Source: Candidatus Kapaibacterium sp.
GTDB taxonomy: Bacteria > Bacteroidota > Ignavibacteria > Kapaibacteriales > UBA7675
Reading direction: 5' to 3'
NCBI GenBank assembly: GCA_028284775.1
Contig: JANQRB010000167.1
Location: 106 to 64,105, forward strand
Length of the DNA: 64,000 bases
The notes below the pieces were generated by a model. It searched no databases. It was not told the DNA's origin and worked only from the letters and a program-made list of their open reading frames with translations. This document shows positions 8,863 to 18,802 of the stretch, in pieces. A program made the position numbers and the translations under genes. Position 1 is the stretch's first letter. Each line of letters opens with the position of its first letter.

Positions 8863-11800
8863 TCAGTCCGTCATTCGTTCAACCGCCACCATAATGGATT
8901 CGCCATTAATCGAGAGGTCGGTGCCCCGGCTGAGCGAATCGACGGTCTCCAGGTGCTCGCATAGCGTTTCGGCGCAAATATAGGCTTTCATGGCATTAAT
9001 TGCATCGCTAATCGACGGCGCTCCCTTAAAGTCGATTTTTACCCTGTCGGTAACTTCAAAGCCGGAATCCTTGCGGATGTGCTGAATACGGCTGACAAAC
9101 TCGCGCGCCAGCCCTTCGTTAATCAGCTCCTTATCCAGCTCGGTATCGAGTGCCACAGTAAGGCTGTTCTGTGACGCGACCAACCATCCTTCGATGTCTT
9201 CGTGAAGGATTTCGACATCTTCCGGCTCCAGGTCGATCTGCCTGCCGTTGACCTCAATCGCTACCTTACCTTCGGATTCCAATGCCCTGATGTCGGCTTC
9301 GACCATCTGACGTATGGACGCGGCAATGGATTTTGTCTCCTTGCCGAATTTTTTGCCCAGAACCGGAAAATTGGGTTTGGCGGATTTGCGGACGATACCA
9401 GTATCGTCGCTGACATAGTCGATACCCTTGATATTGATCTCTTCCGTGATGATATCTTCCACCGACTGCACGCGTCGTCGATCCGCGGGCGAAGACACCG
9501 GCACCAGAATGCGGCGCAATGGCTGTCGTGTTTTGATTTTCGACTTCTCGCGCAGCGAACGGGCCAGAAAGACGATTTGCTGGGCGCTCTCCATCCGGCT
9601 CTCCAGATCGGAATCAATAAGCTCTTCGGCTGGCTGAGGCAGAAGCATCAAGTGCAGCGAAAGCGGCTCGTCGGCCATCCGCAGTCGGCGATAAATCGTC
9701 TCCGGGAGAAAGGGCGCTGCCGGTGCCATCATCGCCGCCGTTGTAATCTGCACCTGACGGAGCGTCTGATAGGCAGCCAGTTTATCCTGGTCGACTTCGC
9801 CTTTCCAGAAACGCCGCCGATTGCGCCGTACATACCAGTTCGACACATCGTTTATCATAAACTCCTGTACCTGCCGATAGGCCCGGGTTACCTCAAACTC
9901 ATCCATAAAGCGGCGATAGCTTCGGAGCACCGAATTGAGTTTCGAGAGAATCCAGCGGTCGATTTCCGGACGGGCGGCAACGGGGACCGCGGCCTCCTGT
10001 CCCGTAAAACCGTCGATGTTGGCATAGAGCGCAAAAAAGGCATAGACATTGGTCACGGAGCGGAAAAAATCGGCGATCACGGTTCGGGCAATTTCTTCGC
10101 GGCTGAATTGCGTCGGTTTCCAGGGCGGATTATTGACGAGCATATACCAGCGTACCGCGTCGGCGCCCAGGGATTCCATCACCTCGAAGGGGTTGACCAT
10201 GTTGCCCTTGGATTTGGACATCTTCTGGCCTTCCTTGTCCAGGATGAGGTCATTGACGATGATGCCCTTGAAGGCAGGTTTGTCGAAGAGGACGGTCGCG
10301 ATATTATGCAGCGTATAAAACCAGCCGCGCGTCTGATCGATGCCTTCGGCGATGAAATCGGCCGGAAAGTTGCGTTCGAAATTCTCTTTATTCTCGAAGG
10401 GGTAATGCCATTGCGCGAAGGGCATACTGCCGGAGTCGAACCAAACGTCGATTGTTTCGGAAGTCCGGCGGTAGAGTTTGCCATTTCTGCGGAACACGAT
10501 GCGATCGACGAAAGGCCGATGAAGGTCGATCTCTTCCTCGCTCGTCGCCAGCGGCACGAGACTGCCGTTCTCGTCTTCAATCAGACCTTCCCGCAATTCG
10601 GCTATTGAACCGACGGCGAACATATCGTCGCCATCCTCACTGACCCAGATCGGCAGGGGCGTACCCCAGTATCGGTCACGTGACAGAGACCATTCTTTGA
10701 CGTCTTCCAGCCAGTTGCCGAAGCGTCCCGCGCCGATTTCGGGCGGCTGCCAGCGTATAGTCCCGTTCAGCTCCATCATCCGTTCTTTGTAGTCCGGCGA
10801 CTTAATGAACCAGGAGCTGCGGGCATAATAAATCAGCGGATTGCCGGTCCGCCAGCAGTGCGGATAGGAATGCAGATAGTCATTAGAGGAGCGATAGAGT
10901 TTGTCCGCTTTTTTGAGCGCGATGACAATGTCTTTGTCGGCGCCTTCCTCGGTATGGTCGTTGTACTCGAAGGTTTTGACGGTACGCCCGGCAAAGTCGC
11001 CGGCTTCGGCGGTAAAGCGGCCGCCGGGGGTGACGGGCTGTACCAGCGGCAGCTTGTAGCGCCGGGAGAGCTCATAGTCATCAGCGCCGAACGCCGGCGC
11101 CATGTGAACGATGCCCGAGCCGTCATCGAGCGAGACGAAATCGCCTGGCAGCACGCTGAGTGCGTTCGGATGCTGTTCCGGCTGCAGGTCGACGAAGGGA
11201 AAAATCTGCTCATACCGAGCCCCGACCAGGTCCGCGCCCTTGAAACGCTCTTCGATTTCCACCTCGCCGTCAAGGACGCTCAGCCGACCTTCGGCCAGGA
11301 TCAGCCGATCGACCTGCTCGATCTTGCTGTCGCCGCGTTTCAGCTTGCGTGTGTTGCGCACCAGGACATAGTCCAGATCGCTGCCGACCGCTAGCGCCAC
11401 ATTGGCAATCAGCGTCCAGGGCGTCGTCGTCCAGACCAGCATTGAAGCGCCGTTGAGGGCGGGAAGCGCTGCGCCGCTGAGCCGCAGCTTGATGAAGGTG
11501 CTGGGATCACGGACATCTTTGTAGCCGAGCGACACTTCGTGCGAGCTGAGTGCTGTTTCCAGAGTCGGGGACTGCGGACTGATCTTGAAGCCCTTGTAAA
11601 TCAGGCCCTTGTCGAAAAATTGTTTAATCGCCCACCAGACCGATTCGACATAGTCGTTTTCGAAAGTGATATAGGCGTTGTCCATATCCACCCAATAGCC
11701 CATGCGCCGGGTCGCTTCGGTCCAGCCGCCGCTCTGGCTGATGTTGCGCAGCACATAGTCTTTGCAGGCGTCGTTAAAACGCTGGATACCATACTCTTCG

Positions 11801-12123
11801 ATCTGCTTTTTCTCGGTAATCCCCAGTTCCCGTTCTACGGACAGCTCCACCGGCAGTCCGTGCGTATCCCAACCGGCCTTGCGCAGCACCTGGTAACCGT
11901 TCATCGTTTTGTAGCGGCACATCAAATCTTTTAAGGTGCGGGCCAGGACGTGATGAATACCGGGCCGGCCGTTTGCCGTGGGTGGACCTTCATAAAAAGT
12001 GTAGCTCGCCTGCCCCTGCCGCTCGCGCAGGGATTTACTGAAAATTTCCTGCTCCTCCCAGAATGACAGAACGTCTTTTTCCAGATCGGGATACTCGAAT
12101 TTATCCGGTAGTGGCTCAAACAT
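8863..12123 (-). CDS. ileS: Isoleucine--tRNA ligase, type 2 (start taken at MFEPLPDK)
   Basis: YEGPPTANGRPGIHH, GWDTHGLP, WTTTPWTL, SRDRYWGTP, DQTRGWF, KMSKS, and type-2 C-terminus (EGLAREFVSRIQ). Confidence 0.97.
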   Translation of the reverse strand: MFEPLPDKFEYPDLEKDVLSFWEEQEIFSKSLRERQGQASYTFYEGPPTANGRPGIHHVLARTLKDLMCRYKTMNGYQVLRKAGWDTHGLPVELSVERELGITEKKQIEEYGIQRFNDACKDYVLRNISQSGGWTEATRRMGYWVDMDNAYITFENDYVESVWWAIKQFFDKGLIYKGFKISPQSPTLETALSSHEVSLGYKDVRDPSTFIKLRLSGAALPALNGASMLVWTTTPWTLIANVALAVGSDLDYVLVRNTRKLKRGDSKIEQVDRLILAEGRLSVLDGEVEIEERFKGADLVGARYEQIFPFVDLQPEQHPNALSVLPGDFVSLDDGSGIVHMAPAFGADDYELSRRYKLPLVQPVTPGGRFTAEAGDFAGRTVKTFEYNDHTEEGADKDIVIALKKADKLYRSSNDYLHSYPHCWRTGNPLIYYARSSWFIKSPDYKERMMELNGTIRWQPPEIGAGRFGNWLEDVKEWSLSRDRYWGTPLPIWVSEDGDDMFAVGSIAELREGLIEDENGSLVPLATSEEEIDLHRPFVDRIVFRRNGKLYRRTSETIDVWFDSGSMPFAQWHYPFENKENFERNFPADFIAEGIDQTRGWFYTLHNIATVLFDKPAFKGIIVNDLILDKEGQKMSKSKGNMVNPFEVMESLGADAVRWYMLVNNPPWKPTQFSREEIARTVIADFFRSVTNVYAFFALYANIDGFTGQEAAVPVAARPEIDRWILSKLNSVLRSYRRFMDEFEVTRAYRQVQEFMINDVSNWYVRRNRRRFWKGEVDQDKLAAYQTLRQVQITTAAMMAPAAPFLPETIYRRLRMADEPLSLHLMLLPQPAEELIDSDLESRMESAQQIVFLARSLREKSKIKTRQPLRRILVPVSSPADRRRVQSVEDIITEEINIKGIDYVSDDTGIVRKSAKPNFPVLGKKFGKETKSIAASIRQMVEADIRALESEGKVAIEVNGRQIDLEPEDVEILHEDIEGWLVASQNSLTVALDTELDKELINEGLAREFVSRIQHIRKDSGFEVTDRVKIDFKGAPSISDAINAMKAYICAETLCEHLETVDSLSRGTDLSINGESIMVAVERMTD

Positions 12124-12200
12124 GACTATCGATTGCTCTTCAGTAGAATTCGAAAAAAATAAGCCAGAATGATACGACTTTTCGGGCACAAAATGAAATG

Positions 12201-12617
12201 TCATGCAGTCGCTGCGAGAGCCCGGCGCAGCTCTTGCGGGAGGCCGACCGCCTTGCCGCTTTCTTTGCCGACGGTGACGATGCTGCAGTAGCCTTCGCCG
12301 AGTATACAGTTATCGCGATCGCGGTGGACACTGAAGGCAAGGGTAAATGAAGCGTTGCCCAGCTTTGAGGTCCAGAGTTCGATGCGCACCAGGTCATCGA
12401 GCAAAATCGGGGCGTGGAAATCGGCGTGAAACGACACACGCAGTGGATAAGCCTGCCAGCGGGCAAAGGTTTCGTCATTGTACTGTACGCCGCCCTCGCG
12501 CAGCATCTCCGTTTCGGCAATCTCAAACAGACGCGTGTATTTGCCGAAATACATGATGCCGGCCGTGTCCATGTCGCTCCAGCGGATGCGTTCGCTGATG
12601 CTGAATCTCTTTTTCAT
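12201..12617 (-). CDS. Acyl-CoA thioesterase (4HBT/YbgC hot-dog fold)
   Basis: IRWSDMDTAGIMYFGKYTRLFE motif and size of 138 aa. Confidence 0.85.
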   Translation of the reverse strand: MKKRFSISERIRWSDMDTAGIMYFGKYTRLFEIAETEMLREGGVQYNDETFARWQAYPLRVSFHADFHAPILLDDLVRIELWTSKLGNASFTLAFSVHRDRDNCILGEGYCSIVTVGKESGKAVGLPQELRRALAATA

Positions 12618-12703
12618 GCCTGGATCCTGCCCCTCGGAATCTTCAAAGGCCCCAGCGACGATCGCCGTCCCAGCTTCGTGTCCAGGCCCGTAGTCAAAGC
12701 CAT

Positions 12704-14113
12704 TTACATTTCCAACGGTCCCCGGCTGAGTACATCAAAATAGACTGTGGTGGGTGCTCCGTCATAGTGTATCCAGCGCATTACTTCACGAGCCGCGCGG
12801 ATGCCGCTCAGGGCTGCACCTTCGATGGTCGCCGGCAGCCACGTATCGGTCCAATCGCCGGCCAGCACAAAATTCTGCAGGCCCGTCAGCGGACTGGGAC
12901 GCAGCGGCTCGAAGGCGGCCGTGGCCAGGAAGGTCGCAGATTTCTCCTTAATGACTGTTCCGTGCAACAGTTTAGCTGCTCGCGCCGCCGGAAACGCGGC
13001 CCGCAATTCCCGCAAAGCCAGATCAATTATTGCGTCGGACGAGGCATTGACGATGTCATCAGCTGCGCTGACGGTAAGCGCTACATGGCCCGGGTAGCGT
13101 TGCCGCAGCTCCTCCGCTGTCTCGCAGAGTGCCCGACGATTGAACACCCATTGGATCGAGCTGCCGAGCATCGCGGTAAACTCAGTCGCAAGAAAGGAGC
13201 GGTCGAACCAGAGATAGACCGAAATGATGGGTGAAGTCTTGCAGTGCTGCAGGGCCCGGAACTCCGGCCGCTTTGCCGTTTCCGCCGGGATAACACGCCC
13301 CAGGGATCGGGCCGGCAGGGCGGATATCACAATATCGGAGCTCAATTCGCTGCCGTCATTGAGGATGACTCCCCGGACCTTATCATCGCGGAGAAGCAGC
13401 TCGCGGACGGTAGTGTGCAGCTTCAGCGCTCCGCCCTTCGCCGCCAGCCAGTCGGGGAGAGGCGCCAGCAGCTCCGACAGGCCGCGTCGCGGAAAGAGCA
13501 GGCGCGCGGATTCTTCGTCGGCAAAGAAAGCCAGTTGCAGCACCGTCACGAAGAGTGAGGCCGCCGCTTGATCCGGACGGGCATTGAGCGTGGCAAGGAT
13601 AATCGGTTCCCACAGGCGCCGGATAAGACTTTCGCTCTGTTTGTGACGCCGCAGAAACTCCTCGGCCGACATGTTTTTGCTGCGCAGCCAGCCGATGCGC
13701 AGGCGCGCCGCCAGACGCAGTGCGAGCATTTTGTCGCGGAATGAAAGCCCCTGTAATCTGGCAATTCCGGCTGCCATACCCAGCTTACCGGGCAGCAGCG
13801 AACTATCGAGCACGGCCTGGCGGCCATCGGCCTCGGCAAAGGCCACCCGCAGTCGCCGCTGAGCCTGAAGCTGATTCCTGGTCCCAAGCGTCTCCAGCAA
13901 GTTGAGGCTGTGTTTATAGCAGCCCATCAGCAGATGCTGGCCGTTGTCGATGATTTCACCACTTGTTTTGTCCGCGAAGGAACGGACGCGCCCGCCCGGA
14001 TAGGCCCGCGCATCCAGCAGCGTTACGCGTACCTTGCGTTCCGCCAGCGCCACCGCCGCCGTAATCCCGGCAATACCGGCTCCGATGATAATGCAATGCG
14101 TCTGACCGTTCAT
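12704..14113 (-). CDS. hpnE: Hydroxysqualene dehydroxylase HpnE (squalene-associated FAD-dependent desaturase family)
   Basis: IIGAGIAG FAD motif, GGRVRSF, IDNGQHLLMGCY, EKSATF and LAGDWTDTWLPATIEGAALSG. Start taken at MNGQTH. Confidence 0.8.
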   Translation of the reverse strand: MNGQTHCIIIGAGIAGITAAVALAERKVRVTLLDARAYPGGRVRSFADKTSGEIIDNGQHLLMGCYKHSLNLLETLGTRNQLQAQRRLRVAFAEADGRQAVLDSSLLPGKLGMAAGIARLQGLSFRDKMLALRLAARLRIGWLRSKNMSAEEFLRRHKQSESLIRRLWEPIILATLNARPDQAAASLFVTVLQLAFFADEESARLLFPRRGLSELLAPLPDWLAAKGGALKLHTTVRELLLRDDKVRGVILNDGSELSSDIVISALPARSLGRVIPAETAKRPEFRALQHCKTSPIISVYLWFDRSFLATEFTAMLGSSIQWVFNRRALCETAEELRQRYPGHVALTVSAADDIVNASSDAIIDLALRELRAAFPAARAAKLLHGTVIKEKSATFLATAAFEPLRPSPLTGLQNFVLAGDWTDTWLPATIEGAALSGIRAAREVMRWIHYDGAPTTVYFDVLSRGPLEM

Positions 14114-14230
14114 TCGTCTAGCGCCTCCAAATTTACCGCGGGGTAAACGGATGCCGCAGCTTCCTATTGCGGTGCCGGCGGGCGCCGGCGCTTTACTCAC
14201 AAAAGGTTTCACAATTGTAAAGCTTGTCTC

Positions 14231-14238
14231 TATATTTG
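14231..14238 (+). promoter_or_regulatory. Bacteroidota-type -7 promoter element (TAnnTTTG) for tRNA-Leu/tig
   Basis: TATATTTG located 30 nt upstream of the tRNA in an AT-rich divergent region. Confidence 0.5.
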
Positions 14239-14268
14239 TAGTTTACTTTGAAAATACAGTGTTTTTTA

Positions 14269-14352
14269 GCGGATGTGGCGGAATTGGCAGACGCGCTAGA
14301 CTTAGGATCTAGTGAGGTGATACTCGTGGGAGTTCGAGTCTCCCCATCCGCA
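14269..14352 (+). tRNA. tRNA-Leu (anticodon TAG); CCA not encoded
   Basis: Acceptor stem GCGGATG/CATCCGC, D-loop GGAATTGGCAGAC, anticodon arm CTAGA-CTTAGGA-TCTAG, long variable arm, and T-arm GGGAG-TTCGAGT-CTCCC. Confidence 0.95.
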
Positions 14353-14405
14353 CAAGCAAGATCCGAAAGCCCTGGACATTCTTATTAAACAGGCGGAATA
14401 ATATC

Positions 14406-15686
14406 GTGGATACGCAGTTTCACACGCTCGAAGGTTGTAAACGCGAAGTTGAGATAGCACTGACCAAAAACGACCTGGAACCTCACTATATCAAGGCCTA
14501 CCGGGAAGCACAAAAGAGTGTGGATCTACCTGGCTTTCGCAAAGGCAAAGTGCCGTTGAATGTTGTTAAACAACGTTTCGGCAAGCAGATTCGCGACTCT
14601 GCACTGGAAGATATCGCCAACGAAGTCTATCAATCGGTCCTTAAGGAAAACGAGCTTAAGACTATCGGACCGCCGGTACTTAAAGACATCGCCAAAGAAA
14701 ACAACGGATCGGTGAAATTCACCATCAGCTATGAGGTGCATCCCGAATTCGAACTGGGCGAGTACAAGGGCTTAACGGTTGATAAGCCGGTGGTGGAAGT
14801 CAACGAGCAGTTGGTCGACGATGCCATCGAGCGCGTGACCTTTCAACACGCCAGTCTTGAAGACGCCGAGCAGGTGGAAGACGAATCATTCACCATTGCA
14901 TTCGAGCTGCGCAAGTTGGACCCGGCCAGCCAACTTCCGATAATTGGTGGCGAGGTGAAGGAAGAAGAAGTATTCCTGCGTGACGAAAATCTGGACCCTG
15001 ACTTCAAAGCCTCGTTTATGAATTCTAAAATCGGGGACACATTTAACTATAAAACCAAGACACCGGAGGATCAGGAAGAGCAGGCGGAGAGCGAGCTGTT
15101 GCACATTACGATCAAAGGCATCAAGCGGGTTGTGCCGGCCGAATTCTCCAATGATCTGGTCGAGACGATTAGCAAAGGACGCTTTTTCTCGACGGAAGAA
15201 TATCGGGAACAGGTTGAAACGGAATTGCGCCAGCAGTACGACAAGCGCAGTAGCGATCTTATGCAGGAAATGCTTATCGGTAAAATCATCGATGCGCATG
15301 AGTTTGAGGCGCCGGATTCACTGGTCGTGGAGCTTATCAATGGCCGCCTGAAGGAAATGCAGGAACAAATGCCGGATAAGAAGCTGCCGCCCGATTTTGA
15401 TGTCCAGCGTTATGCTGAAAATGCCAGGCCCAGCGCCGCGCGATCCGCCAAGTGGATCCTGATTCGCGACAAAATTATCCAAAAAGAAGAACTGAAGGTC
15501 GTCAGCGAGGACTATGACAAGTTCAGCGCGGACCTGGCGGCGAAAATGCAGCTCGCTTATGATCAGATTCGGCCTATCGTGGAGACCAGCGATCAATTCG
15601 AGTCGCAGATTCTTAACGAAAAGGTGATGAATATGCTGGTGGACTACGCCATTATCACCGAGCTTGAACAAAAACCGGAGCATTGA
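14406..15686 (+). CDS. tig: Trigger factor
   Basis: PGFRKGKVP ribosome-binding signature and tig-clpP-clpX synteny. Confidence 0.95.
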   Translation: MDTQFHTLEGCKREVEIALTKNDLEPHYIKAYREAQKSVDLPGFRKGKVPLNVVKQRFGKQIRDSALEDIANEVYQSVLKENELKTIGPPVLKDIAKENNGSVKFTISYEVHPEFELGEYKGLTVDKPVVEVNEQLVDDAIERVTFQHASLEDAEQVEDESFTIAFELRKLDPASQLPIIGGEVKEEEVFLRDENLDPDFKASFMNSKIGDTFNYKTKTPEDQEEQAESELLHITIKGIKRVVPAEFSNDLVETISKGRFFSTEEYREQVETELRQQYDKRSSDLMQEMLIGKIIDAHEFEAPDSLVVELINGRLKEMQEQMPDKKLPPDFDVQRYAENARPSAARSAKWILIRDKIIQKEELKVVSEDYDKFSADLAAKMQLAYDQIRPIVETSDQFESQILNEKVMNMLVDYAIITELEQKPEH

Positions 15687-15795
15687 CCGCCCTAAAGATC
15701 ACGACGGCGTTCCAATCTTTTGAGAGCCGCTGCGTGTCTTCGTCGAAATCAGAGAATGTTTCAGAGCTTTTGCGAATGTAATCGGAGGACGACTC

Positions 15796-16428
15796 GTGCA
15801 GAATGTGTTAGTTCCCAATGTAATAGAGCAGACCAGCAGAGGTGAACGTGCGTACGACATTTTTTCGCGGCTGCTGAAGGATCGGATAATCTTTCTGGGC
15901 CAGGCAATCGATGACCACGTTGCGAGCGTAGTGATCGCGCAGTTTTTATTCTGCGCCAGCGAAGATCCCGACAAGGACATTTCACTCTACATCAACTCGC
16001 CCGGCGGCAGCGTCAGTGCGGGACTGGCAATCTACGATACCATGCAATATGTGCGTTGCGACATATCGACCATTTGCGTGGGTATGGCCGCTTCGATGGC
16101 CCAGGTTTTACTCTGCGCCGGCGCCAAGGGCAAGCGGATTGCACTGCCGCATTCGCGGATAATGATGCACCAGCCGATGGGCGGCACACAGGGGCAGGCC
16201 ACTGATATTGAAATCTATACGAATGAAATGCTGCGGGTTCGCGAGCAGCTGTACAAGATCATATCGCAGCATACCGGCAAAGACGCCGACTCTATCAAGC
16301 AGGATGCCGATCGCGACAACTATATGTCGCCGCAGCAGGCGCTTGACTACGGTCTGATTGACCGGATCCTCGTTCGCAAGGAAGATAACGGCGAGAAAAA
16401 AGACGAAGAGTCAAAAGAGGATAAATAG
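15796..16428 (+). CDS. clpP: ATP-dependent Clp protease proteolytic subunit
   Basis: [35 protein letters not shown] and DRDNYM. GGAGG ribosome-binding site. Confidence 0.97.
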   Translation: MQNVLVPNVIEQTSRGERAYDIFSRLLKDRIIFLGQAIDDHVASVVIAQFLFCASEDPDKDISLYINSPGGSVSAGLAIYDTMQYVRCDISTICVGMAASMAQVLLCAGAKGKRIALPHSRIMMHQPMGGTQGQATDIEIYTNEMLRVREQLYKIISQHTGKDADSIKQDADRDNYMSPQQALDYGLIDRILVRKEDNGEKKDEESKEDK

Positions 16429-16483
16429 ATCGTCGCGCCGCTGCTGATATTTGCCCTAGCTTTAGCGGCATAACAGAGAGATA

Positions 16484-16529
16484 GACGCGGATGCCGGCTC
16501 AGGGTCAGCGGGCATCCGCATCTTTTTTT
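16484..16529 (+). terminator. Intrinsic terminator between clpP and clpX
   Basis: Stem GCGGATGCC / GGCATCCGC followed by ATCTTTTTTT. Confidence 0.7.
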
Positions 16530-16577
16530 GTATCATTGATGGCGGGAAGCAATTTTCATAGTAGAGGAAGAGGCAAC

Positions 16578-17873
16578 ATGGATAATCGCGACAATAAATT
16601 CACCGAGGAGCTTCATTGTTCGTTTTGCGGCCGATCGTCCAGTGAAGTGACGAGTATGATTGCCGGTCCGAACGTTTATATCTGTGATATCTGCATTCAG
16701 AATTCCGTCGAAATTCTCCGCAACAACGCCTCTTCTCAGAAGCAGCCCATTTCTACCACCCGATTGCTGAAACCTTCTCAGATCAAATCAGCACTCGACG
16801 AATATGTAATTGGCCAGGATACGGCCAAACGTACGCTGGCGGTGGCCGTGTACAATCACTACAAACGCATTCAGGCGCAGGAACTGGTCGGCGCACTCGA
16901 TGACGTTGAAATCGAAAAAAGCAATATTCTTCTGCTCGGGCCCACGGGAACCGGTAAGACACTGTTGGCGCAGACACTGGCGCGCATCCTGGAAGTGCCC
17001 TTCGTCATTGCCGACGCCACGACACTGACTGAAGCCGGCTATGTGGGCGATGACGTCGAGACGGTATTGGCCCACCTGTTGCAGAATGCCGACTACGACC
17101 TGCAGCGTGCTGAAAAAGGTATCGTCTATATCGATGAAATCGATAAAATCACCCGCAAAAGCGACTCGCCGAGTATCACCCGCGACGTATCGGGCGAAGG
17201 CGTGCAGCAGGCGCTGCTCAAACTGCTGGAAGGGACCATCGCCGGTGTTCCGCCGAAAGGCGGTCGTAAACATCCCGAGCAACCGTTGATTAATGTCAAT
17301 ACCAAGAATATTCTCTTCATCTGCGGCGGCGCCTTCCACGGTCTCGATAAGATTATCGCCCAGCGTTTGTCCAGCTCCAGCATCGGCTTCCTGGCGGAAG
17401 AGAACCAACGCGTCCAGGAAGATGAACGACTCTTTTTTGAGGTCGAGCCTGAAGACATGCTGCGATTCGGCTTTATTCCCGAGTTTATCGGCCGCCTGCC
17501 GGTGATCGCGTCACTGCATGCCCTGACGGACGATGCGATGGTGGATATTCTGGTGAATCCGCGCAATGCGCTGGTGAAGCAGTATCAGAAACTCTTTCTG
17601 ATGGAAGGTAAGGAGCTGGACATTACCGAGGCAGCGTTGCGGGCCATCGTTAAGAAGGCAAATGATCGCAAAACGGGCGCCCGCGCTCTGCGAGGCATAA
17701 TGGAAGAAATCATGATTCCCGTCATGTATCAGATTCCCGACCTTCCCGATCTGAGGAAAGTCGCCATCACCGGTGAGGTTGTCACCAGCGGCGCCGATCC
17801 CGAATTCCAGCATTCGTCTGAAGAACCGGAAGCCGGCGACGTTGATGAGACTATACCTCAGACCGGCTCCTGA
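16578..17873 (+). CDS. clpX: ATP-dependent Clp protease ATP-binding subunit
   Basis: CSFC...ICDIC zinc domain, [36 protein letters not shown] loop, IGF loop and TGARALR. Confidence 0.97.
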   Translation: MDNRDNKFTEELHCSFCGRSSSEVTSMIAGPNVYICDICIQNSVEILRNNASSQKQPISTTRLLKPSQIKSALDEYVIGQDTAKRTLAVAVYNHYKRIQAQELVGALDDVEIEKSNILLLGPTGTGKTLLAQTLARILEVPFVIADATTLTEAGYVGDDVETVLAHLLQNADYDLQRAEKGIVYIDEIDKITRKSDSPSITRDVSGEGVQQALLKLLEGTIAGVPPKGGRKHPEQPLINVNTKNILFICGGAFHGLDKIIAQRLSSSSIGFLAEENQRVQEDERLFFEVEPEDMLRFGFIPEFIGRLPVIASLHALTDDAMVDILVNPRNALVKQYQKLFLMEGKELDITEAALRAIVKKANDRKTGARALRGIMEEIMIPVMYQIPDLPDLRKVAITGEVVTSGADPEFQHSSEEPEAGDVDETIPQTGS

Positions 17874-18123
17874 ATATCGACGGTCGGCGTCCATTCAAAA
17901 GATCAAGCATTCGCTTTGCAATACCTGATGGGCTGCGTCGCGCTCGCGTAGTCTGATTGACATTAGGCCGTTAATACCTTCTATGCATGGTGAAACTCAA
18001 TTGCCGGATAGTACCTGCCGATATTCCGTGACACACTGGAGAGGAGGCACTGTCAAGCACCGGGCGATGGAGGACAGGCGGGGACCATTCGTAAAATAAA
18101 TTCGATATAATTTGGCAGATTGC

Positions 18124-18131
18124 TAATTTTG
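18124..18131 (+). promoter_or_regulatory. Bacteroidota-type -7 element (TAATTTTG) upstream of OMP gene
   Basis: Matches TAnnTTTG about 90 nt before an ATG that has a GGAGG ribosome-binding site. Confidence 0.4.
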
Positions 18132-18220
18132 CGCCCGAAAGCCTCGAATGGCGCTTCGCAAATTTCTCCTTCATGTCAAAAGCAGTACTTGTCACTCATT
18201 AGTATTTTTGGAGGTATTGA

Positions 18221-18730
18221 ATGAAGAAATGCGCCGTACTTTTGTTGTTCGGTCTTGCAAGTTTCGTGCTGATGCCATCACCGCATTGCATTGCCAAAGA
18301 TTCGAAGTTTAGCGCCGGCGGTGGTTTTGCCTATGGCACCGGCCTCAGCAATTTCGGTCTCGAACTGCGTGGTTACTATGAGTTAGATATTAAGGAAGCC
18401 TTAATCCTCATCGTACCGGATCTTGTGTATTATTTTGGCGAAGACACCGGCTTTGAGTCCTGCGTTAACTGGCTAACATTCGATGTGATGGGGCATTGGA
18501 TTTTTGAACAATCCGAAGGTTGGTATCTTTACGCATTGGCAGGGCCCGGCTTCACAGTCGTGACCACCACCGTCGGTGACCATAGCAGGGGCAATACAAA
18601 TATTAATTTTAATGTCGGCGCCGGGCTGGAGCGCGAAATGGACTTCGGCGGCCTGTTCGGCGAATTTCGTTTTGTGGCGAGCAGCTCCAATCAGCTTGTC
18701 TTTTCGGTCGGCGGCCGTTTCCAGCTCTAA
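18221..18730 (+). CDS. Small (probably 8-stranded) outer-membrane beta-barrel protein
   Basis: Signal peptide, amphipathic strands (LYALAGPG, FNVGAGLE) and C-terminal VGGRFQL. Confidence 0.75.
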   Translation: MKKCAVLLLFGLASFVLMPSPHCIAKDSKFSAGGGFAYGTGLSNFGLELRGYYELDIKEALILIVPDLVYYFGEDTGFESCVNWLTFDVMGHWIFEQSEGWYLYALAGPGFTVVTTTVGDHSRGNTNINFNVGAGLEREMDFGGLFGEFRFVASSSNQLVFSVGGRFQL

Positions 18731-18764
18731 GCTGCGAAGACTATAGATGCATTGCTGTGTAACT

Positions 18765-18796
18765 AGCCGCCTCCAGTAAGGGAGGCGGCTTTTTTG
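18765..18796 (+). terminator. Intrinsic terminator
   Basis: AGCCGCCTCC-agtaag-GGAGGCGGCT followed by TTTTT. Confidence 0.85.
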
Positions 18797-18802
18797 TGCG
18801 CT

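Noticed and set aside
9202-10608. 468-aa plus-strand ORF and other long antisense ORFs (19859-21307, 25921-27600, 28117-29247, 41476-42402, 47417-48577, 60010-60933)
   Set aside because: These are shadows of well-supported genes on the opposite strand, expected with GC-rich codon bias, and carry no motifs.
12124-12200. T-box leader for ileS
   Set aside because: The spacer is too short and lacks the T-box consensus.
12614-12703. 29-aa minus-strand ORF bridging hpnE and the thioesterase
   Set aside because: It has no motif or coding evidence beyond its position.
14269-14405. tRNA-Leu as an integration site
   Set aside because: It is followed directly by tig, and no integrase or duplicated tRNA 3' end was noticed.
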